A stretch of 64,000 nucleotides of DNA from Hydrurus foetidus (Eukaryota): assembly GCA_900617105.1 (NCBI GenBank), contig UYFQ01000645.1, positions 1 to 64,000 of the forward strand, in the 5' to 3' direction. Position 1 is the first letter of the stretch; every line of letters begins with the position of its first letter. The notes beneath the pieces are model-generated. The model was given only the letters and a program-made list of their open reading frames with translations, was not told the origin of the DNA and ran no database searches. Position numbers and translations under genes: made by a program. Positions 27,164-39,001 of this stretch are shown piece by piece.

Positions 27164-30100
27164 TTAATGGTCTACTAATTTCTGTTCGAAAAATTCGAAT
27201 TAAAATGTTCATCGTCTCGGTCACAATGAAATAGCAGTTCAAGGGTGGTGTTTAATTCAATTGTCGTTTTTAATCGGGTACCAGCCCCCCACACAACAAC
27301 ACACAGCATTTTTTATGACTCAAAGTAAAACCATCCCCCTGGGGGGCCGTCCAGCATGAAAAATGCTGTGTGTGTTGTTGTGTGGGGGGGCTGGTACCCG
27401 ATTAAAATCGACAATTGAATTAAACATGACCCTAGAGTTCGAAGATGATCTTGGATGTATATGTCTGAAGAATGTATACTGATAAATGGTCTTCTCCGGG
27501 GTTATTTTCGTACACAAAAATACTGAATCCCTGTTTAGTTGTGACCTCGACACTATTCGTAATATACAAATTGCATCAAAAAATACATACAAAATAAAGT
27601 GACAATACGCAACAATCAAACAGAATCTAGTGCATTAATGGACTACTACATAACACTACAGAAGAATCTAATAAACAGTAAGTTTTACCTTGTCGATAAC
27701 ATCCATATTTGCGTTGGCCGTAAGTAGCAGTTTTACGGCTTCTTCGTGTCCCCCTCCTGCGGCCATAATTAGCGGTGTTCCGCCATCCTATATAGGTGTG
27801 TGAAGATGTTCAGATCTGACTATTTATTTTTCAGTAGACTTTTTTCTTGTATATAGATTGACATGCACTGTTTGTTTTATTGTTATTAATTGTAATTATC
27901 ATCGTAATTAAATCGTTTGTTGCCGTCAGTGGTGTCCCACCATTCTATGTAAAGATGATAACTTTTATTTATCGTGTTTTAATTGCAATTGTTATTGAAA
28001 GCGTTACTGTAAGCGGCAGAGTAATTGTTGTTTACAAACGATGAGATAGCGATTCATTGAGCAGTTATCATCCTTAGTGCTACTAGAGTGTTTCTGTAAC
28101 CGATTTAACACACTTTCGCACCACACGGATTGAGCAGCGTGCAGTAACGGTGAATTTGAATTTGAGTGCACAGAAGACAAGAAGCCGTGCGAAAAATGAG
28201 CGAAATCGGGTTGGCAAAAACAATCTATTATAATTGTTTTTGATGTTGCAGTTTCTATAAGTACACTCGTTTCTGTTAGGGGTCTTCCATCATCCTATAT
28301 CGAGGTAGGAGATTTACTGATTTATTTTGTAGTAACAATAGTTGTTGTACGCTTTACTTTTAGTGCAATTAAAATTAAAATTAAAATTGAAATTAAAATT
28401 GAAATGGCTAATAGGTGAGATGTTGATTAAATACTATTTATTATTATAATTCGTTTTGTAGACTTTCTTATTATTGTGTATTATATTATATTATATTATA
28501 TTATATTATATTATATTATATTATATTATATTATACTATATTAGTTTTCGTTATTACATCTCTTGTCATAATTATTTATAAATGTTGTTGTTACAGTCAT
28601 TTTTTTAGTTTCCGATGTTGTGTTATGAGAGTTGTAATGTTATCATTTTGGATTTTATAAAGCTTAGGAGACCGTTTTATCGCTGTTAAAACTATTACAT
28701 TTGTCACTGTCATTATTGTTGCATCTACTTTTAATCTTACTTCAACGATACTGTTTTATGTAACTTATGTTATCATCATGTTCTTTTATTATGTGATCAT
28801 TACTTCCATCAGGTGCCTGCATACTACTCCATGATTGTTCTTACACTACTTATCTACATCACATTGATACCCTCTTAGATAGATCATGTCATGTCATGTC
28901 ATGGCATGTCATGTCGGTCGTTCAATATCACATTGCACTGTATGATTTTACCAGGAAAGAATAGAATGCCCAATAAGTATGAACGAATTCAAGGGGGAAA
29001 TGAAATGGTGATTTCAACTATGCTCAAACCTCTTTTCGTTCTATGTTTTGGACATTTTATTCTGTCCTGGTAATATATCAGCCATTGTGCGTAGCTCCGC
29101 ATTACGTGTTATTGTGTTGCATCGTAATAGGACATATCAAGACCCTTCCCCTCCTCTGTCTTGACCACCCTCCATGCACACACGTAACACACACACTCTC
29201 TCACGCACACAAACTCACTCATATACATACACACAAATACACTCCCTCACACTCACATACAACCCCACGCACACTCATATCCACACGGGACAATCTCACA
29301 CGCACATACACACAAGTACACACACGTACGTGCATGCTCCAGCACATACATCCCATCCCATCATCGCACCTCATCCCACACTACACTACACCACCCTATA
29401 TCACATCACACCACACTACCCCTCCCCACACTACACTGCACCACACCCCAACCAGCCCCACCACCCCTCAAACCACTCCCTCACCTTATCTACCGTTTCC
29501 ACGTCAGCCCCCGCCTTTATCAACGCATCCACTACTTCATGGTGACCGTGATATGCAGCGCTAAATAAAGGCGTGTAGCCCATCTAACATGTGATGTTTT
29601 TATAAATGTGATTAGAAATGTTAAATGGTTAATATACAGTATGTCTAAGTGCAATTAGAAGTATTAGATGCTAACTAAAATGTAGCATACAATTGTAGAT
29701 ATAGTTACAGTATAAGATGATTACTAAAATGTAGCATACAATTGTAGATATAGTAACAGTATCAAATGTTTGATAAAAATGTGTCCGTAGATAAGATAAG
29801 AAGTACTACATGTGTAATATGAAATATGTATGTAGATATCTTAATTAAATAAGTAATCTAAAACGAAATGTTATTGAAGATATGATTAGAGGTGTAATAA
29901 AAAGATGTAAGATATAGATCAAGGGACGTGTTTAACTGCTGACACACTTCTAATCTGGACCCATCCCCTACACACGACAATCCACACACACTATCTGTAC
30001 CGTACGTTTTCAGTTTTCAGTACTGTACAGTCAGTGCGTGTGGATTGTCGTTTATAGGGGTGGGGGGGGATCCAGAAGATCAGCAACTAAACACGTCCTT

Positions 30101-33100
30101 TCAGACGCATTTAAAGTCAAGGGCATTGATATATAATATGTACATGTCTAAGTAGTGGTCTAGATGTTTTTATGCATACGTGTACTTTATTTGACTCCAT
30201 TTTTTTAATCCGTAAATGATAATATTTGCGTTAAGATATCAATGCATAAAATAAATGTATTCTTCCATATTTTTTTGTGCTATTTCATTTCAACGTGTAA
30301 ATGGTGTTTTTCACAGTCATGAGCCATCATAAAAAATCATTGTGGGCGTTTTATTTTATTTTTAATCTCGTACCCTATTTTTCATTTCCAGTGCTGCCCC
30401 AGCTTTTATCAGAATTTCCACTGCATTTAATTTGTTTTCAAAAGATGCGAGTAGCAGTGCTGTCGCTCCCTCCTATGATTGAAAATATCAACGAGTTCCA
30501 GTAAAATTTGAGAAAGATGAGATTATTTATTAGATATGTTAGTCTCCCTTTAGTTAATTAGTCAGTCAGTCAGTCAGTCAGTCAGTCAGTCAGTCAGTCA
30601 GTGTATCAGTCAGTTAGTCAGTGCATCAGTCAGTGTGTCAGTCGATCTGTCAGTCAGTCAGTGCACCAGTCAGTGAGTCAGTTGATCTGTCAGTCAGTGC
30701 ATCAGTCAGTTAGTCAGTCAGTCAGTCAGTGAATGAGTCAGTCAGTGCATCAGTCAGTTAGTCAGTCAGTCAGTCAGTCAGTGAATGAGTCAGTCAGTGA
30801 GTCAGTCAGTCAGTGAGTTAGTCAGTCAGTCAGTGCATCAGTCAGTTAGTCAGTCAGTCGGTTAGTCAGTCAGTCGGTTAGTGAGTTAGTCAGTCGGTTA
30901 GTCAGTCAGTGCATCAGTCAGTGTGTCAGTCAGTGAGTTAGTCAGTCGGTCAGTCAGTCAGTGTATCAGTCAGTATATTAGTCAGTCAGTCAGTCAGTCA
31001 GTCAGTCAGTCGATCTGTCAGTCAGTGCATCAGTCAGTGTGTCAGTCGATCTGTCAGTCAGTGCATCAGTCAGTTAGTCAGTCAGTCGATCTGTCAGTCA
31101 GTGCATCAGTCAGTGTGTCAGTCGATCTGTCAGTCAGTGCATCAGTCAGTTAGTCAGTCAGTCACTTAATGTATCAGAAATCACTATATGCCCTCCCTCC
31201 CTCCCTCCTTCACTTACCTTGTCTTGTGCATCCACTTTGGCGCCAGCTGAAATCAGTAAATCCATCACACCTTCATATCCGTTAGCAGCTGATAACATCA
31301 ATGACGTTATTCCCTCCTACAGGGAAGAGGAAAGACAATAAGAGGAGGATAGAAGAGAAAAAGAGAGATGACGAGAGGAGAAGAAGAGAGAAGAAGAGAA
31401 GTGCAGTGTCATATAATGCAATTAAATATAATATAACATCGTATTATATCATGTAATTTCAATCTTATTTCTTCAGGACATTTTGATGCTCATAAAGTGT
31501 AGTTTACTATGACTTGCTGAAATGCTGAATGAAAGGACGTGGTATCGCAACATAATGTCATAAGAAAGAAATCAAAAAAATTCATCTGTTGGCAAAACAC
31601 TAGGATGATCGTTAAACAAAACGAATCTTATCGACAATCGCACACGTCCTTTCCTCCTTTCATCTGCCTGTTTGTGCGTCCTCTCTTTCTTTAGTATGTT
31701 TGTACACGTATTTTTCCACGCACACACGTACAGTGCAGCACTGTGCAAAACAGTACAGTACAGTATAGTGTAGTATAGTACAGTACAATGCAGTACAGTA
31801 CAGTATAATGCAGTACAGTACAGAGCAGAGCAGTGCAGTACAGTACAGAACGTACTTTATCGACAACGTCTACATTGGCTCCTCCTTTCAAGAGGGAGGC
31901 AACAATATCTTCATGCCCTCCTCCCGCAGCTCCAATCAGAGCAGTGAAACCGTTCTGGAGAGTAGAGAATAACGGAATAAAATGAGATCGGATCAGCGCT
32001 GTGAAGGCATCCCGATGAAGTGGGTAAATTGCGTCATCACAATCACGCAAAATAGAGTGACTCACTGCATAATTATACCGGAACAGAATAATCCATTAAA
32101 AATTAGCCGGATTATGCAGTGAACTACGGAGACTACTCAGACAGAATAATTACTACTATGTATCAAAATAAAATTAAATGGAATAGTTGAGATAAGATCA
32201 ATGCTGTAAAATTGTTCTGGTGACGAGAGAAATGATGTTGAGTAACATCTTATAAAATTGATCTGTCGTGTTAAAATGGCGTATGTGATTCAAATTTATG
32301 ACAGGCAATGTGATGTGATATTTTAGGACTCTTTTTTATCGCATCGTTTTATGTCATTCAGTTTCTTATATCATAAATGTTAAATATTGGTATAGGAGGA
32401 GATGTAACGAAGGTCGATGAAATGAGATAAAAAGAAACGAAATAGGATTATATTAATCAGTATTAAACACGATAAGATAAGATTAGACGAAATAGGATTA
32501 GATAAAATAAGAGGAGATGTAACTAAGTGATATGAAATAATACGAAATGAAATGAGATAAGAAAATTTAATATTTATGAGATAAAAAATTAAATGACGTA
32601 AAAAAATTACGATAACTTTTTTTCGTCACATCACATCATAAAATGGAATCACATACGTCATTTCATCATACATAGGTCATCTCATACGTAAGAAATAATT
32701 TTTAAACACATCATTTTATCAAGCGAAAATGCTCCACAAACATCGCTGCATCGAATCAAGGCTCCTCATCTATTGCAGATCCATTTAATCTGAACCTATC
32801 CCCTATACACGACAATCCACACATTATTTGTACCTTACAATTTGTGTGTGTGGACTGTCGTTTATAGGGGTGGGTTCAGATTAAACGGATCTGCAAAGAC
32901 GAAGAGCCTTGAAATCGAGTTGCATATACCATTGAATTAAATGGAAATGATCAACACACAACATTGCATCATGGTCACTTACTCTGCATAGGTCATCATA
33001 TCACATGATGTCTCCACACACATCATCACATCACATCACATCCATATAATCTTCACACATCCTTGCACCATACGTCATTACATACGTACTTCTTTCTCAG

Positions 33101-34218
33101 CCACATCAGTTTTTGCCTTTGCTCTAACTAGCGCATCGACAACTGCCGGGTGGCCGAATGAAGCCGCGGCATAAATAGCCGTAAACCCGTTCTGTACATA
33201 CGGTTAAAAGATAGTGCATGCGGTTAAAAGATAGTGCATGCGGTTAAAAGAGTGGTGCTGCAGAAGTCAAAATAAAATAAAACAGCAATTATAGAAAATT
33301 TCTTGAAGCATATTTGACAAATGTAAAGTGACAAAAATTGTTGTCAGCGGTCATTTTCGAGTACAAAAAAATGGTATTTCTGTTGAGCTGTGGATTGAAC
33401 AATATTAATTAGATGGCGTATGTCAAAGAAAGAATCGTGATTGCAAAGTTGAATCAACCGATGAATTTGACGAGGTCAAATATGACAATGCAATTGAACG
33501 CAGTTGATAGTGAGCACACGTATATACATTGTGAGGGTAAATTTATAAATGAAAGGCATGAAATAAGGCGTTAAATTGTAACTTACGTTATCGATTAGAT
33601 CTACATTTGCTCTTGATTTAATTAGCAGCGCAACTACTTTCAAATGTCCACCAGCAGCAGCAGCTAACAGGGCAGTGCCACCATCCTTTTATGAGAGAAA
33701 AGTAATTCAGATAAGCTGTGACTGTCTTACTCGAACGAGAAATCTTGTCAGAAGTATCAAGAGAGATAAAAATATTCGGAATCTTACAGAGTCGGTTTGA
33801 TTAACTTTTTCTCCTGCTTTGAGCAATTGCTCCACAATTTTGAGTTCTCCTTCGCCAGCAGCCATTACGAAAACAGGAGGTAATGGCACCTGAGCATGCA
33901 CAGACGGTGACGATCACCATGAATTTCAGTTAGAAAGTGACAGATCACGGTGACTGAATATAGATTATTACTACTCACATCAATGTCTTCCGCCATCTCT
34001 GCTTCTCTTGCGGAAATATCTGCCATAGGATCAGAGGCAGCTTTGACGACAGGTTTTGCAGCCCTTGGAGCAGGATGACTGCTAGTCTTACGGGTCATAT
34101 TCCGTGCGTAGCGCACAAACTGAGTCTGAGCAGTAGCAGACGGCTTTTGGACGATCAAAGTCTGACGTCCTAGCAAGCAAACAGCCCTCATATTGACTGC
34201 GAACTTGAATTTCAACAT
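27164..34218 (-). CDS. Ankyrin-repeat protein, one repeat per exon: 34218-33979, 33889-33788, 33685-33587, 33191-33090, 31954-31856, 31316-31218, 29583-29485, 27787-27689; tentative last exon 27181-27164
   Basis: Seven 99/102-bp phase-0 exons bounded by AG/GT, e.g. NGFTALIGAAGGGHEDIVASLLKGGANVDVVDK and MGYTPLFSAAYHGHHEVVDALIKAGADVETVDK; Arg/Lys-rich, acid-free N-terminus resembles a mitochondrial presequence; 3' end uncertain. Confidence 0.88.
27243..27432. mobile_element. Hairpin MITE (Tourist/Harbinger-like termini)
   Basis: About 75-bp inverted arms GGGTGGTGTTTAATTCAATTGTCG... / ...CGACAATTGAATTAAACATGACCC; no clean TSD. Confidence 0.7.
28480..28542. repeat. (TATTA)n microsatellite
   Basis: Direct reading. 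Confidence 0.9.
29922..30100. mobile_element. Hairpin MITE with 3-bp TSD TCA
   Basis: AGGGACGTGTTTAACTGCTGA / TCAGCAACTAAACACGTCCTT termini; TCA on both sides. Confidence 0.7.
30558..31164. repeat. Degenerate (CAGT)n tetranucleotide array, about 600 bp, intronic
   Basis: Direct reading; higher-order variants (GTGCATCA, GATCTGTCA) recur. Confidence 0.95.
31750..31848. repeat. (CAGTA)n-type pentanucleotide repeat, intronic
   Basis: Direct reading. Confidence 0.85.
32759..32909. mobile_element. Hairpin MITE sharing its inner arms with the 29922 element
   Basis: AGGCTCCTCATCT..TGCAGATCC / GGATCTGCA..AGACGAAGAGCCT; near full-length palindrome. Confidence 0.7.
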
Positions 34219-34442
34219 GTTCCTCGACAGAGTATTCTTTGATACGAATTTGATTCAGTCAACAAAAAATCACAGATGTAGCGACTAATGCAGATCTGCT
34301 AGAGATGACAGTCTCAGAGATGGTTTTGACAACAAAAAAGCGCTGGTTATCGAAAAGATCATCACCGATAGAGGGGATGCTGGTATAACTTAGAGTAGGT
34401 TGGAGTTACTGAACGTGCACTGTACTTACGCCAACATCAGTA

Positions 34443-35207
34443 CAGTGGGCGTCACATTTAGCCTACAATAATTTTGGCGACTGCCACATCAAAATGAGAA
34501 AGTTGATGTGGACAAGACGGCAAGTTCGATCCGTCAGCCCTATGGGTGTCTCCGCAACTGTTCACCACTGTACAACGTGTACTTGGTGACTGCGAAGGAA
34601 AATTTTATTACTACATACTGCTATATAATTATGGTCTCTATTCCCACAGCAAACATCAATTTCATCAATTTTTTGTCCACCTCAGGAGCATTGTTGGTTT
34701 GGGGAGCCCAATTAGCCACAGATTTTTCGTTTTTTCTCTTCTAATACGAGAGATGAAAATTTTTTAAAGATTTTACGATGAAAAAATACAAAAGTCATCG
34801 CTCCATACCGTCAGGAGTTAAGACGCTTCTTGAAGCTGATTACAAGAAATACTTAGACATAAAGAAAGAGAGCAAAAAGAAGAGTTGAGTATCAATTAGA
34901 CAGTACATTCTTATTGAGATTTTCCCTGTGATCATTTTTATGTACTTTAAAGTGATTTTTAAAAAAGTGTACCGTACGTTCACAAGTACGTACAGTGACT
35001 GCCACATGCAACCTTTTTGAGTGTAAAAATGAAAAAGGCTTCAACTCCCTCAAAAAAAAAAAAAAAATCTAACGAGTTCATATTATCAGTCATGGTGGTA
35101 TCTACCGTTTCTACACGATAATAAGATACTTTAAGATGGTTGATAACGATTGATGTATTTTATACGGTGCCACGGTCAGCATTGTCGGCTAAAGGTGACG
35201 CCCACTG
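34443..35207. mobile_element. Non-autonomous Tc1/mariner-like DNA transposon, TA TSD
   Basis: About 26-bp TIRs CAGTGGGCGTCACATTTAGCCTACAA / TTGTCGGCTAAAGGTGACGCCCACTG flanked by TA; no recognisable transposase ORF. Confidence 0.8.
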
Positions 35208-35300
35208 TACCTCATTGTACAGTGCAAACCAGTCCCTTGTTCTTTGAACCCTACAGCAAGGGGGTATTAAAGGAGAGGGGGCAGTTCTACCCCATCCCCC

Positions 35301-35808
35301 TGTCAGTCCAGCATATTCATGCTTGATCTGTTAGCATAGTTTCATCTGTAGATTAGCATTCACATGTCACAAGTAGTGTAGCGCTTCCTCACCCAAAACA
35401 CCTCCATACACTGTTGTGTACATACGCTAATCGTTCTTCTAGCGATATCCCCCTTCGGGGCCATCACCAAGCATCCGGTTTTTCACCACCAAGCATCCGG
35501 ATTTCCACCAGGTATCCGGTTTCCACCAAGCATCCGATTTCATGAGCAGCGAGGGTTCCGCCCATTGCTCAATCGCCAACTTGAATATTCGCTGAATATG
35601 TTTCCACTTCGGCGATCACCATTTCATGCACAATGGATGCTTTGCTTTGCTTCTTTGATGGTTGTCTTCTCTGATATCATCGCCAGTTGTTTTACTACTT
35701 GATCGTTGTAAGTAAACACGTCTTCCGAGACCACTTCCATCAGCCAGTCTTTCCTTTGCGCTTCCGCAGCCAACAGGTAGCTCGCTTCACTCCACAGTCT
35801 GACTCACA
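35301..35808 (+). repeat. 5' LTR of C3 (contains about 4 tandem CACCAAGCATCCGG-like units)
   Basis: Direct repeat of 41778-42285. Confidence 0.95.
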
Positions 35809-35819
35809 TGGTAGCGATT
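35809..35819 (+). promoter_or_regulatory. Canonical tRNA primer-binding site of C3 (probably initiator Met)
   Basis: TGG complements tRNA CCA; TGGTA implies A73/U72 as in eukaryotic initiator tRNA; tRNA identity is inference. Confidence 0.65.
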
Positions 35820-35898
35820 GCATAGAAAGTTCAGCAATCATCGATATAGTATCAATATATCAACGGTATCTCATCACAACAGATATCTCAAGTCGGCC

Positions 35899-37677
35899 AT
35901 GATGCTACGATCGTCCGACAACACAGACCAAAACAACGAGGAATACCATGACCCAACTGGGCTAGAGACTCCCAGCCGCGCCCAGCTGCCGCGCATGCTC
36001 TCCATGACCCTCGCAGAGTTCGATCAACGTGTCGCCGAGGCCATAAGAGCCCAAACTCAAAATTTGGTCACCAGCTCGACGGCAAATCGGCAAAATCCTT
36101 CCACACCAAACCGACCTCGACGAGGCTCCCATGCAGAGGAAGCCACGCCACCGCGCCAAACTTTGGCAGAAGTTTCAGCACATGGGCTATCATATAATGC
36201 CGCGTTGGAATCCGTTTTGGAGCTCAAACGGCTAAAACTCGATCTCGTTCTGACGACCTCTTCCGAAATGGATAGCATCAAGCAAAACCAGATCACCACA
36301 ACGACTGTGGGATCTAACAAGCGCTTCAAAGCTCTCGACAACATGCTCCACGTCGTTGGACTCTACCCAATGGCGATGGGCACGCGTCGCGAGCCAATCC
36401 CAACGAGGCACAACCCATCAGGATACTCGGAGCCTACAACGTCGGAGAATCTTGATGGAACATTCAACTATGTCCCTGCCGACGATGTTACACGATGGGC
36501 CCACGACAAGAAACGTTTATACAACGTCATGTTGAACGCTTTCAGCGAGTCTACCCATTATCTATGTGCCGATGCCTTTACCTCTCGCGATGGGATCGCT
36601 ATATATAAACGTATGCACAAGCACTACTACGGACATACTGAAGCAGACATCAACCGACTTCGGCGGCTTCTACAAAACTTCAAGGGCTCTACGGCTACTT
36701 GTTTTCAAGAGGATTTAGTGAGGTTTACAACGTTGATGACAGAATTCGAGTATGCCCAGGCCAGACCGAGCACCGAGCAGGAGCGCCTTCAATTCCTTCA
36801 CAACGCCTTCATGAACGACCACCGCCCCAACACAAAATCCTACTTTATGTCCTGCCATAGCAACATGCTCACCTATCACCAAACTTTGGAGAGAGCTGTT
36901 GTCTATTCCGAGTATGCCCTCCTCCAAGACAAGCCGGTCAAGATAGCTGCCTTGTCCACTACCCCTGAAGCCTGCCGCAAGTTCCTCGCTGGTACCTGCC
37001 TTCTCGGTAACAAGTGCAAGTACTATCATGCTCCTGCTAAGCCACCGGCAGCGACACCTCCCTCTGGCAAAGCACATCCTCCTGCCCCACCTGGATCCGC
37101 TCCAGTCACGGACAAGAACCGGATCAAAGCCAAGGGCAAGTACCCTCCCAAGCAGACCTTCCCAGTGACGAGTATCGATGGCCGCGTCCCTTACCTCAAG
37201 AGCAACATCCCCATGAAGCTTCTTACCAACGGACCCAACATCAACCCTGAGGACGGATGGCAGAACAACACGCTTTTGGATAACGCCGAACCCTCCGGGT
37301 ATGTGCGCTTCTCCCTCAACATGTTCCGAGTCACCGACACTGACCCAGCACCTCCTCCGGATACACCGTCTAATCCTCCTCTCGAGTTAGCACTTCCGCC
37401 AGGACTCCCTCCATCAGGACACTCACCACTGCGATCTCCAACTCGTCCATCTTCTAATGCCGCCTCTCCCATAATGCTCCGACCGTACGTACGTTCCGAA
37501 CATACTCAACCAGCATCTACCCCAGTAGTCCTGGGTACCCCCGACTCCTGTCGCCCCAGAGAATGCTACAGCATGGGACACGCCGCGCCATCAGAACATC
37601 TCTTCGCCAACATATGGGACCCCAATGCAAGAAGAAGTCGATGCCTTCACACGTACCTGGGCCTTCCTCACCAATGA
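35899..37677 (+). CDS. gag: C3 Gag-like protein with a CCCH zinc finger and Pro-rich tail
   Basis: Position after the PBS; Copia-gag-like SRDGIAIYKRM...; CRKFLAGTCLLGNKCKYYH = CX7CX5CX3H. Confidence 0.75.
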   Translation: MMLRSSDNTDQNNEEYHDPTGLETPSRAQLPRMLSMTLAEFDQRVAEAIRAQTQNLVTSSTANRQNPSTPNRPRRGSHAEEATPPRQTLAEVSAHGLSYNAALESVLELKRLKLDLVLTTSSEMDSIKQNQITTTTVGSNKRFKALDNMLHVVGLYPMAMGTRREPIPTRHNPSGYSEPTTSENLDGTFNYVPADDVTRWAHDKKRLYNVMLNAFSESTHYLCADAFTSRDGIAIYKRMHKHYYGHTEADINRLRRLLQNFKGSTATCFQEDLVRFTTLMTEFEYAQARPSTEQERLQFLHNAFMNDHRPNTKSYFMSCHSNMLTYHQTLERAVVYSEYALLQDKPVKIAALSTTPEACRKFLAGTCLLGNKCKYYHAPAKPPAATPPSGKAHPPAPPGSAPVTDKNRIKAKGKYPPKQTFPVTSIDGRVPYLKSNIPMKLLTNGPNINPEDGWQNNTLLDNAEPSGYVRFSLNMFRVTDTDPAPPPDTPSNPPLELALPPGLPPSGHSPLRSPTRPSSNAASPIMLRPYVRSEHTQPASTPVVLGTPDSCRPRECYSMGHAAPSEHLFANIWDPNARRSRCLHTYLGLPHQ

Positions 37678-39001
37678 CGAAGTCACCTCCTCCACTGTCT
37701 TCCAGGGTATCTGCCGACAATGCTCCACGTACATCCTTCAGTACTACACTGTGGTCCACCACCGCATTCATCAGCAGCCCCTCTCAGCAAATGACTTCAT
37801 CATCTATGTGAACCGTCCCGCCTTGCCTGGATCCCCTACACCGGCGCCTCATATATACCTCGCTATTTTCGGCTGGGTATCCCCAACCACCCTCAGCAAC
37901 TGCCGCGCTGATGTCAGAGACGGATACTCTCGGTATATGAACCTCATCCACAAGATTGCTCGCAACCTGCTGCTCGCCAACACTGAGCCGCCGACTCCAC
38001 CCAATCTTGAGTATGACCCAGGGCACTACCGCACCTTCAATCCAACCTTGATTGAAGACATCACCACCTATCAGTCCACAGTCGGGAACATTTTCTTTTA
38101 CTTCCTCGTCCACACTGCTCTGTACCTCGACGACCAGATCAGTCCAGACCACATGGCCATATTTGAAAGTGTCCTCATCTACGACTGTGCCTCCTGGGTC
38201 GCAGCACAGCTTGCCCGATATGCCAATGCACCCGGCAACTCCTGGCACAACATTCCCACCCTTCGCCTCCTCATGCTCACGGAAGTTGATGCACACGTTG
38301 ACGGTCTTATGACACGAACTGGATCGAACGAGTCATTCATCCAAGCTATTCGAGTCGTAATCCAGCATGTCCTACCCGACGCATTTCATGTTACACCCAA
38401 CAGCCTCTTCGTCGGACCCGATCCTGTTGAGCCCACCGAGTCACACTACCGCACAGTATCTCTCGCCAGGGACCTCGCAGCATCTACTGCCCCACAGAAC
38501 ATACGTAAACGATACACTTTGCGGAACTATGAGAGTGATTCAGAGTCCTCTGTCGAAGACTCCATCTGTTTCCTCCCGTACAACATGTCCTGTCCAACCC
38601 ATAACATCAGTGGCCCTCGCTGCGCCCTCTCTTATGTTAACTACCTCCATGGCGCCGTCACACATCTCATCGTCCCTCCATCAGACGCATCCCCATGGGT
38701 ACCACCGGACGCATCGATGGAACTTCAGCGGTACAACGCCAGGAAGCGCGGCATCGCATTCCAACAAGACCAGGCTCAAGGGGACACTAAGCGTCAAGAC
38801 ACCACCTCATCCTCGTCCGCATCCTCTTCCGCATCACCGTCACCGTCGATTCCCACTACGCTTCCGGAGTTCAATACTCCTCTACCACCTGTCCCATCGA
38901 CACCCTCTGACCCTCTTACCGGGTCACTCAAGCCGCGCAACCACTTGCATCCGACTCGCCTTTCACTATGCCTATACCCACTCGACTCCATCATTCCGTA
39001 A
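37625..39001 (+). CDS. Uncharacterised 458-aa ORF between gag and pol of C3
   Basis: Long open frame overlapping both neighbours; no protease or integrase HHCC motif recognised. Confidence 0.5.
   Translation: MQEEVDAFTRTWAFLTNDEVTSSTVFQGICRQCSTYILQYYTVVHHRIHQQPLSANDFIIYVNRPALPGSPTPAPHIYLAIFGWVSPTTLSNCRADVRDGYSRYMNLIHKIARNLLLANTEPPTPPNLEYDPGHYRTFNPTLIEDITTYQSTVGNIFFYFLVHTALYLDDQISPDHMAIFESVLIYDCASWVAAQLARYANAPGNSWHNIPTLRLLMLTEVDAHVDGLMTRTGSNESFIQAIRVVIQHVLPDAFHVTPNSLFVGPDPVEPTESHYRTVSLARDLAASTAPQNIRKRYTLRNYESDSESSVEDSICFLPYNMSCPTHNISGPRCALSYVNYLHGAVTHLIVPPSDASPWVPPDASMELQRYNARKRGIAFQQDQAQGDTKRQDTTSSSSASSSASPSPSIPTTLPEFNTPLPPVPSTPSDPLTGSLKPRNHLHPTRLSLCLYPLDSIIP

Noticed and set aside
29043..29564. 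His/Thr-rich ORFs
   Set aside because: Intronic CA-rich low-complexity DNA, antisense to an ankyrin exon
30558..31164. CRISPR-like array or SQSV-repeat protein
   Set aside because: Tetranucleotide satellite with no unique spacers, in a eukaryotic intron
35686..35902. Duplicated small ORF (also at 42164)
   Set aside because: A by-product of the two C3 LTR copies
38367..38940. N-terminal part of the 1067-aa ORF as real Pol
   Set aside because: Overlaps the 37625 ORF, looks like an off-frame translation and has no Pol motif before the integrase core
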